The notes under the pieces are model-generated. The model saw nothing but the letters and a program-made list of their open reading frames with translations. It was not told the origin of the DNA and made no database searches. From IMG/VR virus record IMGVR_UViG_3300029258_003221, positions 124,001 through 188,000 of that record: DNA of 64,000 nucleotides, one strand, 5' to 3'. The position numbers and the translations under genes were made by a program. How positions within the stretch are numbered: position 1 is the first letter of the stretch; each line of letters starts with the position of its first letter. Below, in pieces: positions 8,697-16,725 of the stretch.

Positions 8697-9542
8697 TTAT
8701 GCAGCCCGTCGTCGGTTTCCGATGTTGTAGACCTGTTCCATTGCTGCAAAGCAGGCACTTCGGTTTGGTCGGTCGGTATCGTCTCGACAGGAGTTCTGTG
8801 CAATTCGGAATATCTCCGCAGCGGATCGTCGTCCCAGTCGATCTTTGATATCTTCAATTGAGGCGTCACCATAGGCTCTGATGAAATCAACCAGTCCTCT
8901 CAAGAACCCATTGCCACCAGCTTGGTATTCAAGCCCTCGCTTGCTCCTCCACAAACTGAGAATTTCAAACAGTTCGTTGAGAATGTCATGTGAATACGCT
9001 TCGGTAAGGGGTGTCAGAGACCGGATATCTGCCGTTCTGGTGTTGAATCCGGGAGTGTTGGGGATTGAAAATCCCCATTGTGTCAAGCCGTCTTCGATAT
9101 CGACAGCAAAAGGATATTCAGCTTCCAATGCTGCTGAAAATGCGTCCCAGACATTCATTCGACGACTGTTCTGAGTCAGTTCGTGGAAGATTGCAGCACA
9201 AGTTGCTTTGTTGACTCCGAAGTGGATTTCGCAAGTGATGTACTTTTGATGTTCCATCATTTCCATCATCCACAATGTGTGTCGTCCATCAATGGGTAGC
9301 AACTTTCCTTTGACATAGACTAAGATTGGATTTCTCACAGCCCGTCGATTGAAACTGTCTTTGAGTTCCAAGCTGTGCGACTTCACGTGGTCACGGAAGT
9401 TGTAGTTGTTGTTCTTTCCCAACTCGATTTTTTCTCTGTCTACCAGACAGAGATAAGCCAAGCTGGTAAGCTTGCAAAAACATTTTTCAATTCCTGCTTT
9501 GTGGTGTGTTTTTGCCAGTTTCTTAGGCTTAAAATTGTCCAC
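8697..9542 (-). CDS. ParB/Srx-like N-terminal domain protein (DUF6551-like)
   Basis: 281 aa; NPILV...PIDGRHTL motif followed by a helical domain; ends RRRAA. Confidence 0.65.
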   Translation of the reverse strand: MDNFKPKKLAKTHHKAGIEKCFCKLTSLAYLCLVDREKIELGKNNNYNFRDHVKSHSLELKDSFNRRAVRNPILVYVKGKLLPIDGRHTLWMMEMMEHQKYITCEIHFGVNKATCAAIFHELTQNSRRMNVWDAFSAALEAEYPFAVDIEDGLTQWGFSIPNTPGFNTRTADIRSLTPLTEAYSHDILNELFEILSLWRSKRGLEYQAGGNGFLRGLVDFIRAYGDASIEDIKDRLGRRSAAEIFRIAQNSCRDDTDRPNRSACFAAMEQVYNIGNRRRAA

Positions 9543-9610
9543 GTTTACTCTCCCCGAGTGTTAGAAAATGTTTTGAGCGTTGTTTGCTCACTGCCCTATC
9601 GCCGGGTGTC

Positions 9611-9649
9611 AAAAACATCACCCCCGACAACCCGGTATTGTCGGGGGTG
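9611..9649 (-). terminator. intrinsic terminator
   Basis: 12-bp stem CACCCCCGACAA/TTGTCGGGGGTG, then ATGTTTTT, then GACACCC. Confidence 0.6.
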
Positions 9650-9680
9650 TAAAAATATTTTCTTGTAAAAAGCGACTCAT

Positions 9681-9899
9681 TCAACAGAACCCTGCTGTAT
9701 AGAATCGTAGACGCTTGTCTTTTGGGCCGATTGGCAGTATCATTTCGACTACCACATCAGCCAGTTTGTTCGGCGGCGGTTTACCGCTGTACCGGGCAAA
9801 GTAGAATATCAGAAATGCAAACATCATTGCTCCAGTTTCAGGAAGAACCCAGACCTCCCTGTTTAGCACAGGGCACCCCGATTTCGTGCTCCTAGTCAC
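9681..9899 (-). CDS. hypothetical protein
   Basis: 72 aa ORF filling a gap; weak RBS. Confidence 0.35.
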   Translation of the reverse strand: MTRSTKSGCPVLNREVWVLPETGAMMFAFLIFYFARYSGKPPPNKLADVVVEMILPIGPKDKRLRFYTAGFC

Positions 9900-9957
9900 T
9901 CACAACGAACTGGACTAGCTGGGCGGGCGTTGTTTCGATGAGTTGTTAGTGGGTGTC

Positions 9958-10365
9958 TTACTCAACCCGGTCGTGGACTGAGATTGGTGCAGTGTAGTTA
10001 ATGTCATCATGCACCATTGCATTAGTGGTGCTGATGTAGCTGCCACCAGCCATGACGTGTTTGCCATTGCGAATTGCTCCGACCCACTTGGCGGCATAGG
10101 GGTTATCGAGACTTGGCGGTCCTGATCGTGGCAGGCAGAGGATCAGACTGTCATTGGTCAGGAAGTGACAACCTTTGACAATCTCTCTCACCTGACCATA
10201 TCTGGGCAGATTTCCATCGACATAGACACGCCAGACATTGATTGAGTCTCTTCGGCGGGTGATGCCATCATTGGTGCAGTCGTGGTGATTGATCAGCACC
10301 GTCATTCGGTGAACATGGGCACTGCATCGTTGTGCAATTGTTGGATTGGTCGTGGCGATTGTCAT
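9958..10365 (-). CDS. hypothetical protein
   Basis: 135 aa, GGGGAGAG RBS; TAA-GACACCC. Confidence 0.75.
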   Translation of the reverse strand: MTIATTNPTIAQRCSAHVHRMTVLINHHDCTNDGITRRRDSINVWRVYVDGNLPRYGQVREIVKGCHFLTNDSLILCLPRSGPPSLDNPYAAKWVGAIRNGKHVMAGGSYISTTNAMVHDDINYTAPISVHDRVE

Positions 10366-10420
10366 TGTCTCTCCCCAGAGAAATGTTTTGTTGTTGATGG
10401 TTGGTTACTGGGTGTCAGAT

Positions 10421-10560
10421 TGGAGATGGAGGGACTCGAACCCTCGTCCAAACTTATCACGTTATCCCAAACACGAGCGAAACATGGGCCTTTTCTCGTT
10501 GTCGCCTACCCTATAGCGGCGACTGTTCAGCGTGATAGCCTGTCAATACCATTCATCCCC
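10421..10560 (-). ncRNA. miniature tmRNA-like RNA (tRNA-like domain only, 140 nt)
   Basis: 5' GGGGAUG-AAUGGUAUUGAC and 3' GGAC-GAGGG-UUCGAGU-CCCUC-CAUCUCC-A; acceptor stem with G3.U70 and A73; no D-stem; helix 2 present; no room for an MLD or pseudoknots. Confidence 0.8.
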
Positions 10561-10576
10561 GAAAGAGTTAACTGTG

Positions 10577-10652
10577 ACACGGCCACCACCACGTTGGCGC
10601 TCCTCGTGACCGTGCCCCCGGTTACTTAACGCCCTACCCTGCCACAACCGGG
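10577..10652 (-). ncRNA. candidate structured RNA (two hairpins with complementary loops)
   Basis: stems CCCGGUU/AACCGGG and GCACGGUCAC/GUGGCCGUGU; loops GGCGUU and AGCGCC can pair. Confidence 0.35.
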
Positions 10653-10713
10653 TGCATCAGGGATTCAGGCCTAGTTGACTTGCCTTTGCCAGAGGCTTAT
10701 TGGAGCGGCTTTG

Positions 10714-11178
10714 TTACGCTGTTACTGGGTGTCGGACAACACACTCAACACCGGCTTTGTCGCAGATGCCTTTGAGTAGTTCGAGCCAGTTTGGTTGTTT
10801 GTTGAAGATATCCCCGTCGATTCCGAAGATTACTTCTTTCCCATCGTTGTACTCTTCCGAACTTGATCGGATTGCGTAATTACGATCCACAATCCACATG
10901 TGTGGTGTTCGGCTTGACTTCGTTGCCAGTTTACCGGGTGTCCTCAGATAGCACATATGATCGTCACCGAACAAATGTGCATCACTAGAAACCTTGACAC
11001 GAGCCAGATTGAGCCCAATGCCCATTAGTCGTTGACGAATCAGATGCAGCAGGTGAATTTCAGCTCCCCAACCATGAACATGGCGGGTGTATCCACTTGC
11101 CGTAGCTTTTTGGTCGGTGTCCTCTTTCTGGACAACGAGTGTTCCTGAGTCTTTGAACAGATTGAACTTGATTTTCAT
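10714..11178 (-). CDS. hypothetical protein
   Basis: start moved to ATG with GGGGAGA RBS. Confidence 0.75.
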   Translation of the reverse strand: MKIKFNLFKDSGTLVVQKEDTDQKATASGYTRHVHGWGAEIHLLHLIRQRLMGIGLNLARVKVSSDAHLFGDDHMCYLRTPGKLATKSSRTPHMWIVDRNYAIRSSSEEYNDGKEVIFGIDGDIFNKQPNWLELLKGICDKAGVECVVRHPVTA

Positions 11179-11220
11179 TGTTTCTCCCCATGAGCGTTGT
11201 TGATGAATTGTCAACGGGTG

Positions 11221-11403
11221 TCATCGAGGGATGAGCCAGACCACTACCCCGCATTGTGAGGACACAAGATAATCAGTCAGGTGCCACAATTTGAGACGAT
11301 CTTCGTGCTGTTGATCCACCACAACCGAAACTGCATTAGTTTCGGTTGTGGGAGTAGTGGCTTTGATGCCGGTCTTTTCAGACCATTGTTTGAGTTTCAT
11401 CAC
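11221..11403 (-). CDS. hypothetical protein
   Basis: 60 aa, coupled to upstream stop. Confidence 0.6.
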   Translation of the reverse strand: MMKLKQWSEKTGIKATTPTTETNAVSVVVDQQHEDRLKLWHLTDYLVSSQCGVVVWLIPR

Positions 11404-11795
11404 TTTCCCCGAAGTTTGTCGGCTTGTCGAACTAAACCCATGACGGGTGTCATCGGCCAGTTAACTCCCTGTTCCATCAGCCAGAATCGGGCTTCAGGTT
11501 CATCATTGAGGAATCGTTCAAATGCCCAGATTGGCATACGATCATCGGTCGGCGTTGACCGCATGACAGCATAAATCAGAACTTTGAAGTTGTCTTTTGC
11601 TACCTGTTCATCGGGTGTCTCGGCTGACTCACCGACAACTGGCCAATAACAACCGTAACCTGCAAGAAAGCCACGTGCGTTATCATCATCATTGAGCCAG
11701 TTGGTGAAGTTGACAATCGGCAGGACTGGAGGATCAAATCCACAATCCATGACCAAGTGATTTCCCAACTCCATCAAGATCTTTTTCAGGTTCAT
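11400..11795 (-). CDS. hypothetical protein
   Basis: 131 aa, GGGGAGAG RBS. Confidence 0.75.
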   Translation of the reverse strand: MNLKKILMELGNHLVMDCGFDPPVLPIVNFTNWLNDDDNARGFLAGYGCYWPVVGESAETPDEQVAKDNFKVLIYAVMRSTPTDDRMPIWAFERFLNDEPEARFWLMEQGVNWPMTPVMGLVRQADKLRGK

Positions 11796-11964
11796 TTTTC
11801 TCTCCCCAAATCAGTGCATTGTTCGTTGTGACCTGTCTGACACTTGTTTCTTGGGTGTCAACAGGTTTGACGTGGGCATAGCCCGGTGGGCTGTGCAGCA
11901 CTTGCCCAATGAGTTTGGGATAGTTCACCCGGTTAAACTCATTGTTGACTACCAGAAATGTCAT
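11734..11964 (-). CDS. hypothetical protein
   Basis: 76 aa, AGGAG RBS; overlaps next gene. Confidence 0.5.
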   Translation of the reverse strand: MTFLVVNNEFNRVNYPKLIGQVLHSPPGYAHVKPVDTQETSVRQVTTNNALIWGEKNEPEKDLDGVGKSLGHGLWI

Positions 11965-12287
11965 GATGACTCCTTGGGTGTCAGCAATGGGAGGAGTGCA
12001 GCGTATTCTTCGCTATTCTCATAGAAATACTCGGTTGTCTTGAGAGTTCCTTCCCAGACAACCACCTGATTGTACTCAGTCAGACCGACAGCGTAGATTC
12101 TGCCGTCATCACCGTCCACCAGAATCATATTCTGATGGTAGGTAGTAAACTTTGGTTTGCCGGTTGTAGTGCGACCGACACGAGAGCCACGTTTGTTGGT
12201 TTCGACGAAGAATTTCGCCGTAACACGTTTGCGACCATGAGGCCAATCTTCGATTGTTGCCTCAGTACGTGGATTACTGAACTTCAT
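11961..12287 (-). CDS. hypothetical protein
   Basis: start moved to ATG with GGGGAGAG RBS. Confidence 0.75.
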   Translation of the reverse strand: MKFSNPRTEATIEDWPHGRKRVTAKFFVETNKRGSRVGRTTTGKPKFTTYHQNMILVDGDDGRIYAVGLTEYNQVVVWEGTLKTTEYFYENSEEYAALLPLLTPKESS

Positions 12288-12333
12288 TGTTCTCTCCCCA
12301 GAGAAGTTGTTTTGATGTTTTGTTAGTGGGTGT

Positions 12334-12516
12334 CTAAGGTTTGGCGATACCACGTTCCCGTAGGACAGTATCAGCATCAACACCACGTTTGGCGAGTTCT
12401 TCCCGTGCCTCATAGTACAGGCTCAGGTCTTTCCCGTTAGCACCGAGATCAGCAGTAGCCTCTTTTTCGAGGACGTTCTCAACCTGCCATGTTTTCAGCG
12501 ATGAACAGTAACTCAT
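12334..12516 (-). CDS. hypothetical protein
   Basis: start moved; GGGGAG RBS. Confidence 0.65.
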   Translation of the reverse strand: MSYCSSLKTWQVENVLEKEATADLGANGKDLSLYYEAREELAKRGVDADTVLRERGIAKP

Positions 12517-12776
12517 TGTTTTCTCCCCAGAGTTTTTTCCCATTTGATGGGTGTCATAACCAGCCGAAACATTCGGCCATTTTCTTTTTCGACAAACAGG
12601 ACAAAGTTTCCTTTGTCGTCTGTTTCTGATCCTTTTATGATCCCGATATTATCCAGCCACGTTGACATGGATTCTTCAGGAATAATCGAATCAATTTCAG
12701 CCTGAATCAGGTCGGAAAATGCTTTTGTGACTTTCCGACGCTGATTGGCTTCTTTCCGGGTGTCAGACTTCGACAT
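12513..12776 (-). CDS. hypothetical protein
   Basis: 87 aa, coupled to neighbours. Confidence 0.65.
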   Translation of the reverse strand: MSKSDTRKEANQRRKVTKAFSDLIQAEIDSIIPEESMSTWLDNIGIIKGSETDDKGNFVLFVEKENGRMFRLVMTPIKWEKTLGRKQ

Positions 12777-13107
12777 GATAAAACGCTCTGTCGATTTCTT
12801 TCACGGTGTAGGCGTTGTGCAATTCATTTGCCAACTGTTCCACCAAATCTCGGGCATTACGGTGCAGAACTCCACTGGAGTTTGCCCAACTAGACCCATT
12901 GTCGTTTGACCATTTGCGACCGAGCAGTCGGGCGACGTGTCCGCTGATGTTGGTCAGGGTGTTTCCATCCATGACCATGACAGCGAAATATTTCTTTTCC
13001 GGGTGTCGTCGTCCGTAGTCAATTCGCATTGTGTAGATCGTGGTTCCCAGATCACACAGTCGTTCCAGACGTTTCCGAGCGTTTGCGATTCGTTCAGCGT
13101 TATCCAT
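12763..13107 (-). CDS. hypothetical phage protein
   Basis: coupled ORF in operon. Confidence 0.7.
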   Translation of the reverse strand: MDNAERIANARKRLERLCDLGTTIYTMRIDYGRRHPEKKYFAVMVMDGNTLTNISGHVARLLGRKWSNDNGSSWANSSGVLHRNARDLVEQLANELHNAYTVKEIDRAFYHVEV

Positions 13108-13414
13108 CGTTCTCAATGTCCCTCACTTTGTTGGTAGTGACTTCCCCGCCAGTCATTCCATTCAGGGTGTCAACAAACAGGTCGAGCCATTTGTAACTAA
13201 CGGCTTCTTCGCCAGTCAGTTCAAAGTTGTAGCAGACAATACAACCATTGCTGTTTGGAGGAGGAGCAGGAACAGAATCGGCGAATCCTTTCCACTCAAT
13301 TTTTAGTCCACTCATTGGCCCTGCCATGAACGCAAGCATTGGCTGGAGTGTTTCATTTTCGTGCAGGTTGTAGGGTGCTTTGCCTTTGATTTCGACACGT
13401 TTGACGTTTGACAT
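13100..13414 (-). CDS. hypothetical protein
   Basis: start moved; GGGAGAG RBS. Confidence 0.7.
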   Translation of the reverse strand: MSNVKRVEIKGKAPYNLHENETLQPMLAFMAGPMSGLKIEWKGFADSVPAPPPNSNGCIVCYNFELTGEEAVSYKWLDLFVDTLNGMTGGEVTTNKVRDIENDG

Positions 13415-13433
13415 TGATCTCTCCCAAGGTGTC

Positions 13434-13497
13434 AAAAATGAGACGGCGACAGCCTACCCCGTGGGCACCGTTACTGGCTACTGGACTGCCCCGTCTC
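13434..13497 (-). terminator. long hairpin plus U-tract (terminator or small RNA)
   Basis: GAGACGG-GGCAGTC/GGCTGTC-G-CCGTCTC, then ATTTTT, then GACACCT. Confidence 0.5.
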
Positions 13498-13598
13498 GTG
13501 CAGTACGTTACAGGGTGTCCAATAACACCAACCCGGATAAAGGCCAAATAAGCCTTCGCTCAACTATAGTGCCATCCTTTAACCGGGTCGGCTAAATG

Positions 13599-14171
13599 TC
13601 ACGCAGTAGCGAGGGAGTAGATTTCCCCGCCGTACCTGATTTCCAGAACATTACTCAACAGATAGTCACGACAATAAATTGCCTTTTCTGTTTTCTGTCG
13701 AGACGATTCTTTTTTCTTGGCGACGAACGGCAGAACTTCTGCCTTATCGACTGGTTCCCCGTCGATTTCGTATCGCCACTCCAATGACCGTTCTACCTTG
13801 AGTTCAAGATAGATCAGTTTGTCACCACCTTTGTTGGTATGACGTACAAAGGGTGTCCCCTTTACACGATGCCCCCACGCTCGTGGGAGTGGCTCGAAGT
13901 GCTCAATGTGACCGTCTGGCGTCAACGGCTGTTCTTCCCTCATTCGCTGGTTGTTGACGCTGTTGGCGTAAATCCAGTTGAGGAAACCATTGACTTCCGA
14001 CCGTTTCTTGAGCCGACCGTCTTTGTGTGCCTGCCAGAACGGATTAGGAACGCCGTCCATTTTTGCACGCAGGTTATGCTCTTTTGTCAGAGCAACGATT
14101 GTTGCCGGGAAGGCAGAAGAATTTCGTGCCAGCAAATCCCGGACAAGTTCAAAACGAGTAATCGTTTTCAT
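13599..14171 (-). CDS. phage-type hypothetical protein
   Basis: 190 aa, GGGGAGAG RBS. Confidence 0.8.
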   Translation of the reverse strand: MKTITRFELVRDLLARNSSAFPATIVALTKEHNLRAKMDGVPNPFWQAHKDGRLKKRSEVNGFLNWIYANSVNNQRMREEQPLTPDGHIEHFEPLPRAWGHRVKGTPFVRHTNKGGDKLIYLELKVERSLEWRYEIDGEPVDKAEVLPFVAKKKESSRQKTEKAIYCRDYLLSNVLEIRYGGEIYSLATA

Positions 14172-14222
14172 TGTTCTCTCCCCAGAGAAGTTTTGTTGAT
14201 GTTACACCCCGTTACTGGGTGT

Positions 14223-14414
14223 CTACTTTTCAGGCCACTTGCCTGTCTCGAATGCCTCAGCACATTTCCGCACAAATTCTCGTTCATGCATGTACGTTGC
14301 TTCACGCACTGGTGTGCAATCAATTGTGCGAGATTCCATCGTCTTGAGATTGATGATTTTTCTCGTGCCCAGTCGCCAATTGCGACCGGAATCAGTAATG
14401 TTTACGTGGTCCAT
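14223..14414 (-). CDS. hypothetical protein
   Basis: start moved; GGGGAGA RBS. Confidence 0.65.
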   Translation of the reverse strand: MDHVNITDSGRNWRLGTRKIINLKTMESRTIDCTPVREATYMHEREFVRKCAEAFETGKWPEK

Positions 14415-14499
14415 TGTTTCTCCCCGTTGTTTGAAAGCTCTCAACCGTCCTGCCCTGTTAGACGGGTGTCCAACAGGGCAGGCGGCGGGGAGAGTTTCG

Positions 14500-15525
14500 T
14501 TATGCCACCATTTCCAGAGCGAGCTGGAATGCTCGTTCCTTAAAGGCAGCCCCGTCATTCTCGATAACCGACTTGTATCGGTTCTCGTTCGTTGCTCGTT
14601 TGTCACCACGAACAGTCCGACGTTTGCCATGGTCAATAGCCTCAGTCACACTGTTAAACAGTGCCCACCAAGTGCCCTTGACTCCCTTCATCTGCTGTCC
14701 GGGCTGTTTGAACATATAGCGAAGTTCGCCAACCTTTCGGTCGTGAGCATTCTTTGCTCGGTTGTATCCTCGTTCCGTTGAGTACGTTTCCTCAACAGGT
14801 GTCGGATACAGTTCTTCCATGTAATCCGCTGCACGTTCTTTGTCGTATCCCACCAACAGTTTCTGTGCGTTTTCACGAAACAGGGTGAACTGTCGATCAA
14901 ACTGACTGATGGCGTCTTTCGCCGCATCCAGCTTGAGTTTCATGTCACCAGAGTGCCGAATGGCAATCTGATTCGTGTTGCCTTCCAGTGCTGCACGAAC
15001 CGTGTTAGCACAAACGGCACGAACGCTTGTAGGTGTCAGAATTGTTGATCCGCCACCATGCTGAAGTTTCGCCATGACATAGCGAAAACTCACATCGCCG
15101 GGAACAACTTCGTCATAGGACGGCATACGAGCGAGCAGAACAACGCTCTTTCCGCCATTCAGGACGAAGACTGATTCGTATCGAATCACGCCGTCCATGT
15201 GCAGGGAATCGAGAAACTCGAATCCTTCACGGTTCTGGAGTGGTTCGTACTTGTCACCCACTACGTGGAGGAGTTTGCCGGTGTCTGTTCTGACCAGACG
15301 ATACCAACCGTCATCGGCGTTGCCGTCAGTGTCACAGACAGGACGTTTTTCCACCTTGAAGAAAATTGAAGGAAGAATTTCCTCAATTTCCTGTGAACAG
15401 GGTGCCAGACCTTCACCCGGTCGCCAGACTTCACCAAGGCCATGCCATGCGGGTGAATTCGCATAGAGTGCTTCGTGAGCCAATCGACCATCGGACAGTC
15501 TTACTGCTTCAATCTCATGTGACAT
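14500..15525 (-). CDS. DUF932 / TIGR03299-like phage-plasmid protein
   Basis: PAWHGLG, YEPLQN.E.F.F, TPTSVRAVCANT, IRHSG and GTWWALFNSVTEAIDH motifs typical of the family. Confidence 0.85.
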   Translation of the reverse strand: MSHEIEAVRLSDGRLAHEALYANSPAWHGLGEVWRPGEGLAPCSQEIEEILPSIFFKVEKRPVCDTDGNADDGWYRLVRTDTGKLLHVVGDKYEPLQNREGFEFLDSLHMDGVIRYESVFVLNGGKSVVLLARMPSYDEVVPGDVSFRYVMAKLQHGGGSTILTPTSVRAVCANTVRAALEGNTNQIAIRHSGDMKLKLDAAKDAISQFDRQFTLFRENAQKLLVGYDKERAADYMEELYPTPVEETYSTERGYNRAKNAHDRKVGELRYMFKQPGQQMKGVKGTWWALFNSVTEAIDHGKRRTVRGDKRATNENRYKSVIENDGAAFKERAFQLALEMVA

Positions 15526-15610
15526 AGTCACTCTCCCAAAAAGAAAACTTTTGTTTTGGCGATTGTTCGCCACTGTCCCATCATAGGGTGTCCACTTTTA
15601 CTCCCAGCGA

Positions 15611-15946
15611 TCAGGAAGTAAGAGTCCAAGGCCGATGGGTAGCCTCGATTCCTTGATTGTCACGAATTTCACGATGATCCTCATCCAGCATATTCGTGAT
15701 AGTATTGCAGTCTCCTCGTGTCAGGTGACCATCCAGCGTCCCTTGAACAATGAATGTCGCTGTGACTGCCGGATGTCGGCGGGACAGATTCTGAATCACA
15801 GCAACATAGTTTTTGTTGTGCCAATCAGCGATCAAATTACTCACTGATCGGTCGATGACTTCGTTGTACTCAGGTGTCACACTTACTCTCCTGATATTTG
15901 GCCCACAGCAGCGGGCATTCGGTTGCCAGCCATTCCAACACGTCAC
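15611..15946 (-). CDS. hypothetical protein (true start probably nearer 15877)
   Basis: ORF in operon. Confidence 0.55.
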   Translation of the reverse strand: MTCWNGWQPNARCCGPNIRRVSVTPEYNEVIDRSVSNLIADWHNKNYVAVIQNLSRRHPAVTATFIVQGTLDGHLTRGDCNTITNMLDEDHREIRDNQGIEATHRPWTLTS

Positions 15947-16658
15947 TCAGTGTTCCCGTCTGAGAACTAGCGTGAGTTGCAACAGCGTTGTATTCGTCTT
16001 GCCATTGTTCGGGTGTCGCACCCCATCCAATGCAAAGACCATCTTCCCGCATTCCGTACTGTCGATCCTCAGCATCCTGACGAATGTTCTCAATGTCTGA
16101 TTCCACAGCGGCAATGAACTCCAGACTGTCAACAGTTACACCGTGTCGAGCAGCCACTTCTTTGGCAATGCCTTCCAGCTTCTGTCGTTTCTCAGCCTGT
16201 TGCCTTGCTTCGTGGGTTTCCGGGGTGTCCACTCGTTGAACGATGGCAACACCACAGTTGTACTCAAACAGAGTTTGAAACAGCTCCAAACCATTTTCAT
16301 TTGGAATGCGGGTATCGATCAGAAGATACTTCAGGCAATCCTCATCAAGATTGAAGACAAATTCCTTTGCCATGGCGGCAACGTCACAAGTCTTGTAATA
16401 CCGACGATCACCGTACAAATCAGGATCGTCGTTAATCATGGTGACCACGATAGTGGGAATGCCCACACGCTCAATAATCGTGGAAACATATTTTTCCATT
16501 CGCTGCTTGCGAAAGGCACAAAGTGCGGCCTGTCCATAACCTTCGCCGATGAATTCAAGCATGTCGTTCATTTTGTCTCTCCCGAAACAACTTTTGTATT
16601 TGTCACTGTCTGCTTGATGGGTGTCAGCTAACTCCCTGACCGTTGGGAGTGTTGTCAC
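15870..16658 (-). CDS. hypothetical protein
   Basis: 262 aa, GTG start just downstream of a promoter. Confidence 0.75.
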   Translation of the reverse strand: MTTLPTVRELADTHQADSDKYKSCFGRDKMNDMLEFIGEGYGQAALCAFRKQRMEKYVSTIIERVGIPTIVVTMINDDPDLYGDRRYYKTCDVAAMAKEFVFNLDEDCLKYLLIDTRIPNENGLELFQTLFEYNCGVAIVQRVDTPETHEARQQAEKRQKLEGIAKEVAARHGVTVDSLEFIAAVESDIENIRQDAEDRQYGMREDGLCIGWGATPEQWQDEYNAVATHASSQTGTLSDVLEWLATECPLLWAKYQESKCDT

Positions 16659-16664
16659 ATCCTT

Positions 16665-16693
16665 ATCCTACGGAGTAAGGAGTTAGCTGTAAA
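16665..16693 (-). promoter_or_regulatory. sigma70-type promoter, probably leaderless transcript
   Basis: TTTACA-N17-TAGGAT, 6 nt upstream of the GTG start; AT-rich tract upstream. Confidence 0.55.
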
Positions 16694-16725
16694 GCAGGTT
16701 CAGGAAAAATTCAGCAAAATTTCTG

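Noticed and set aside
10421-10450. Ordinary tRNA gene or prophage att-site fragment
   Set aside because: There is no D-stem or anticodon arm, and a matching tmRNA-type 5' end with helix 2 is present 140 nt away. It is therefore neither a tRNA nor just a duplicated 3' fragment.
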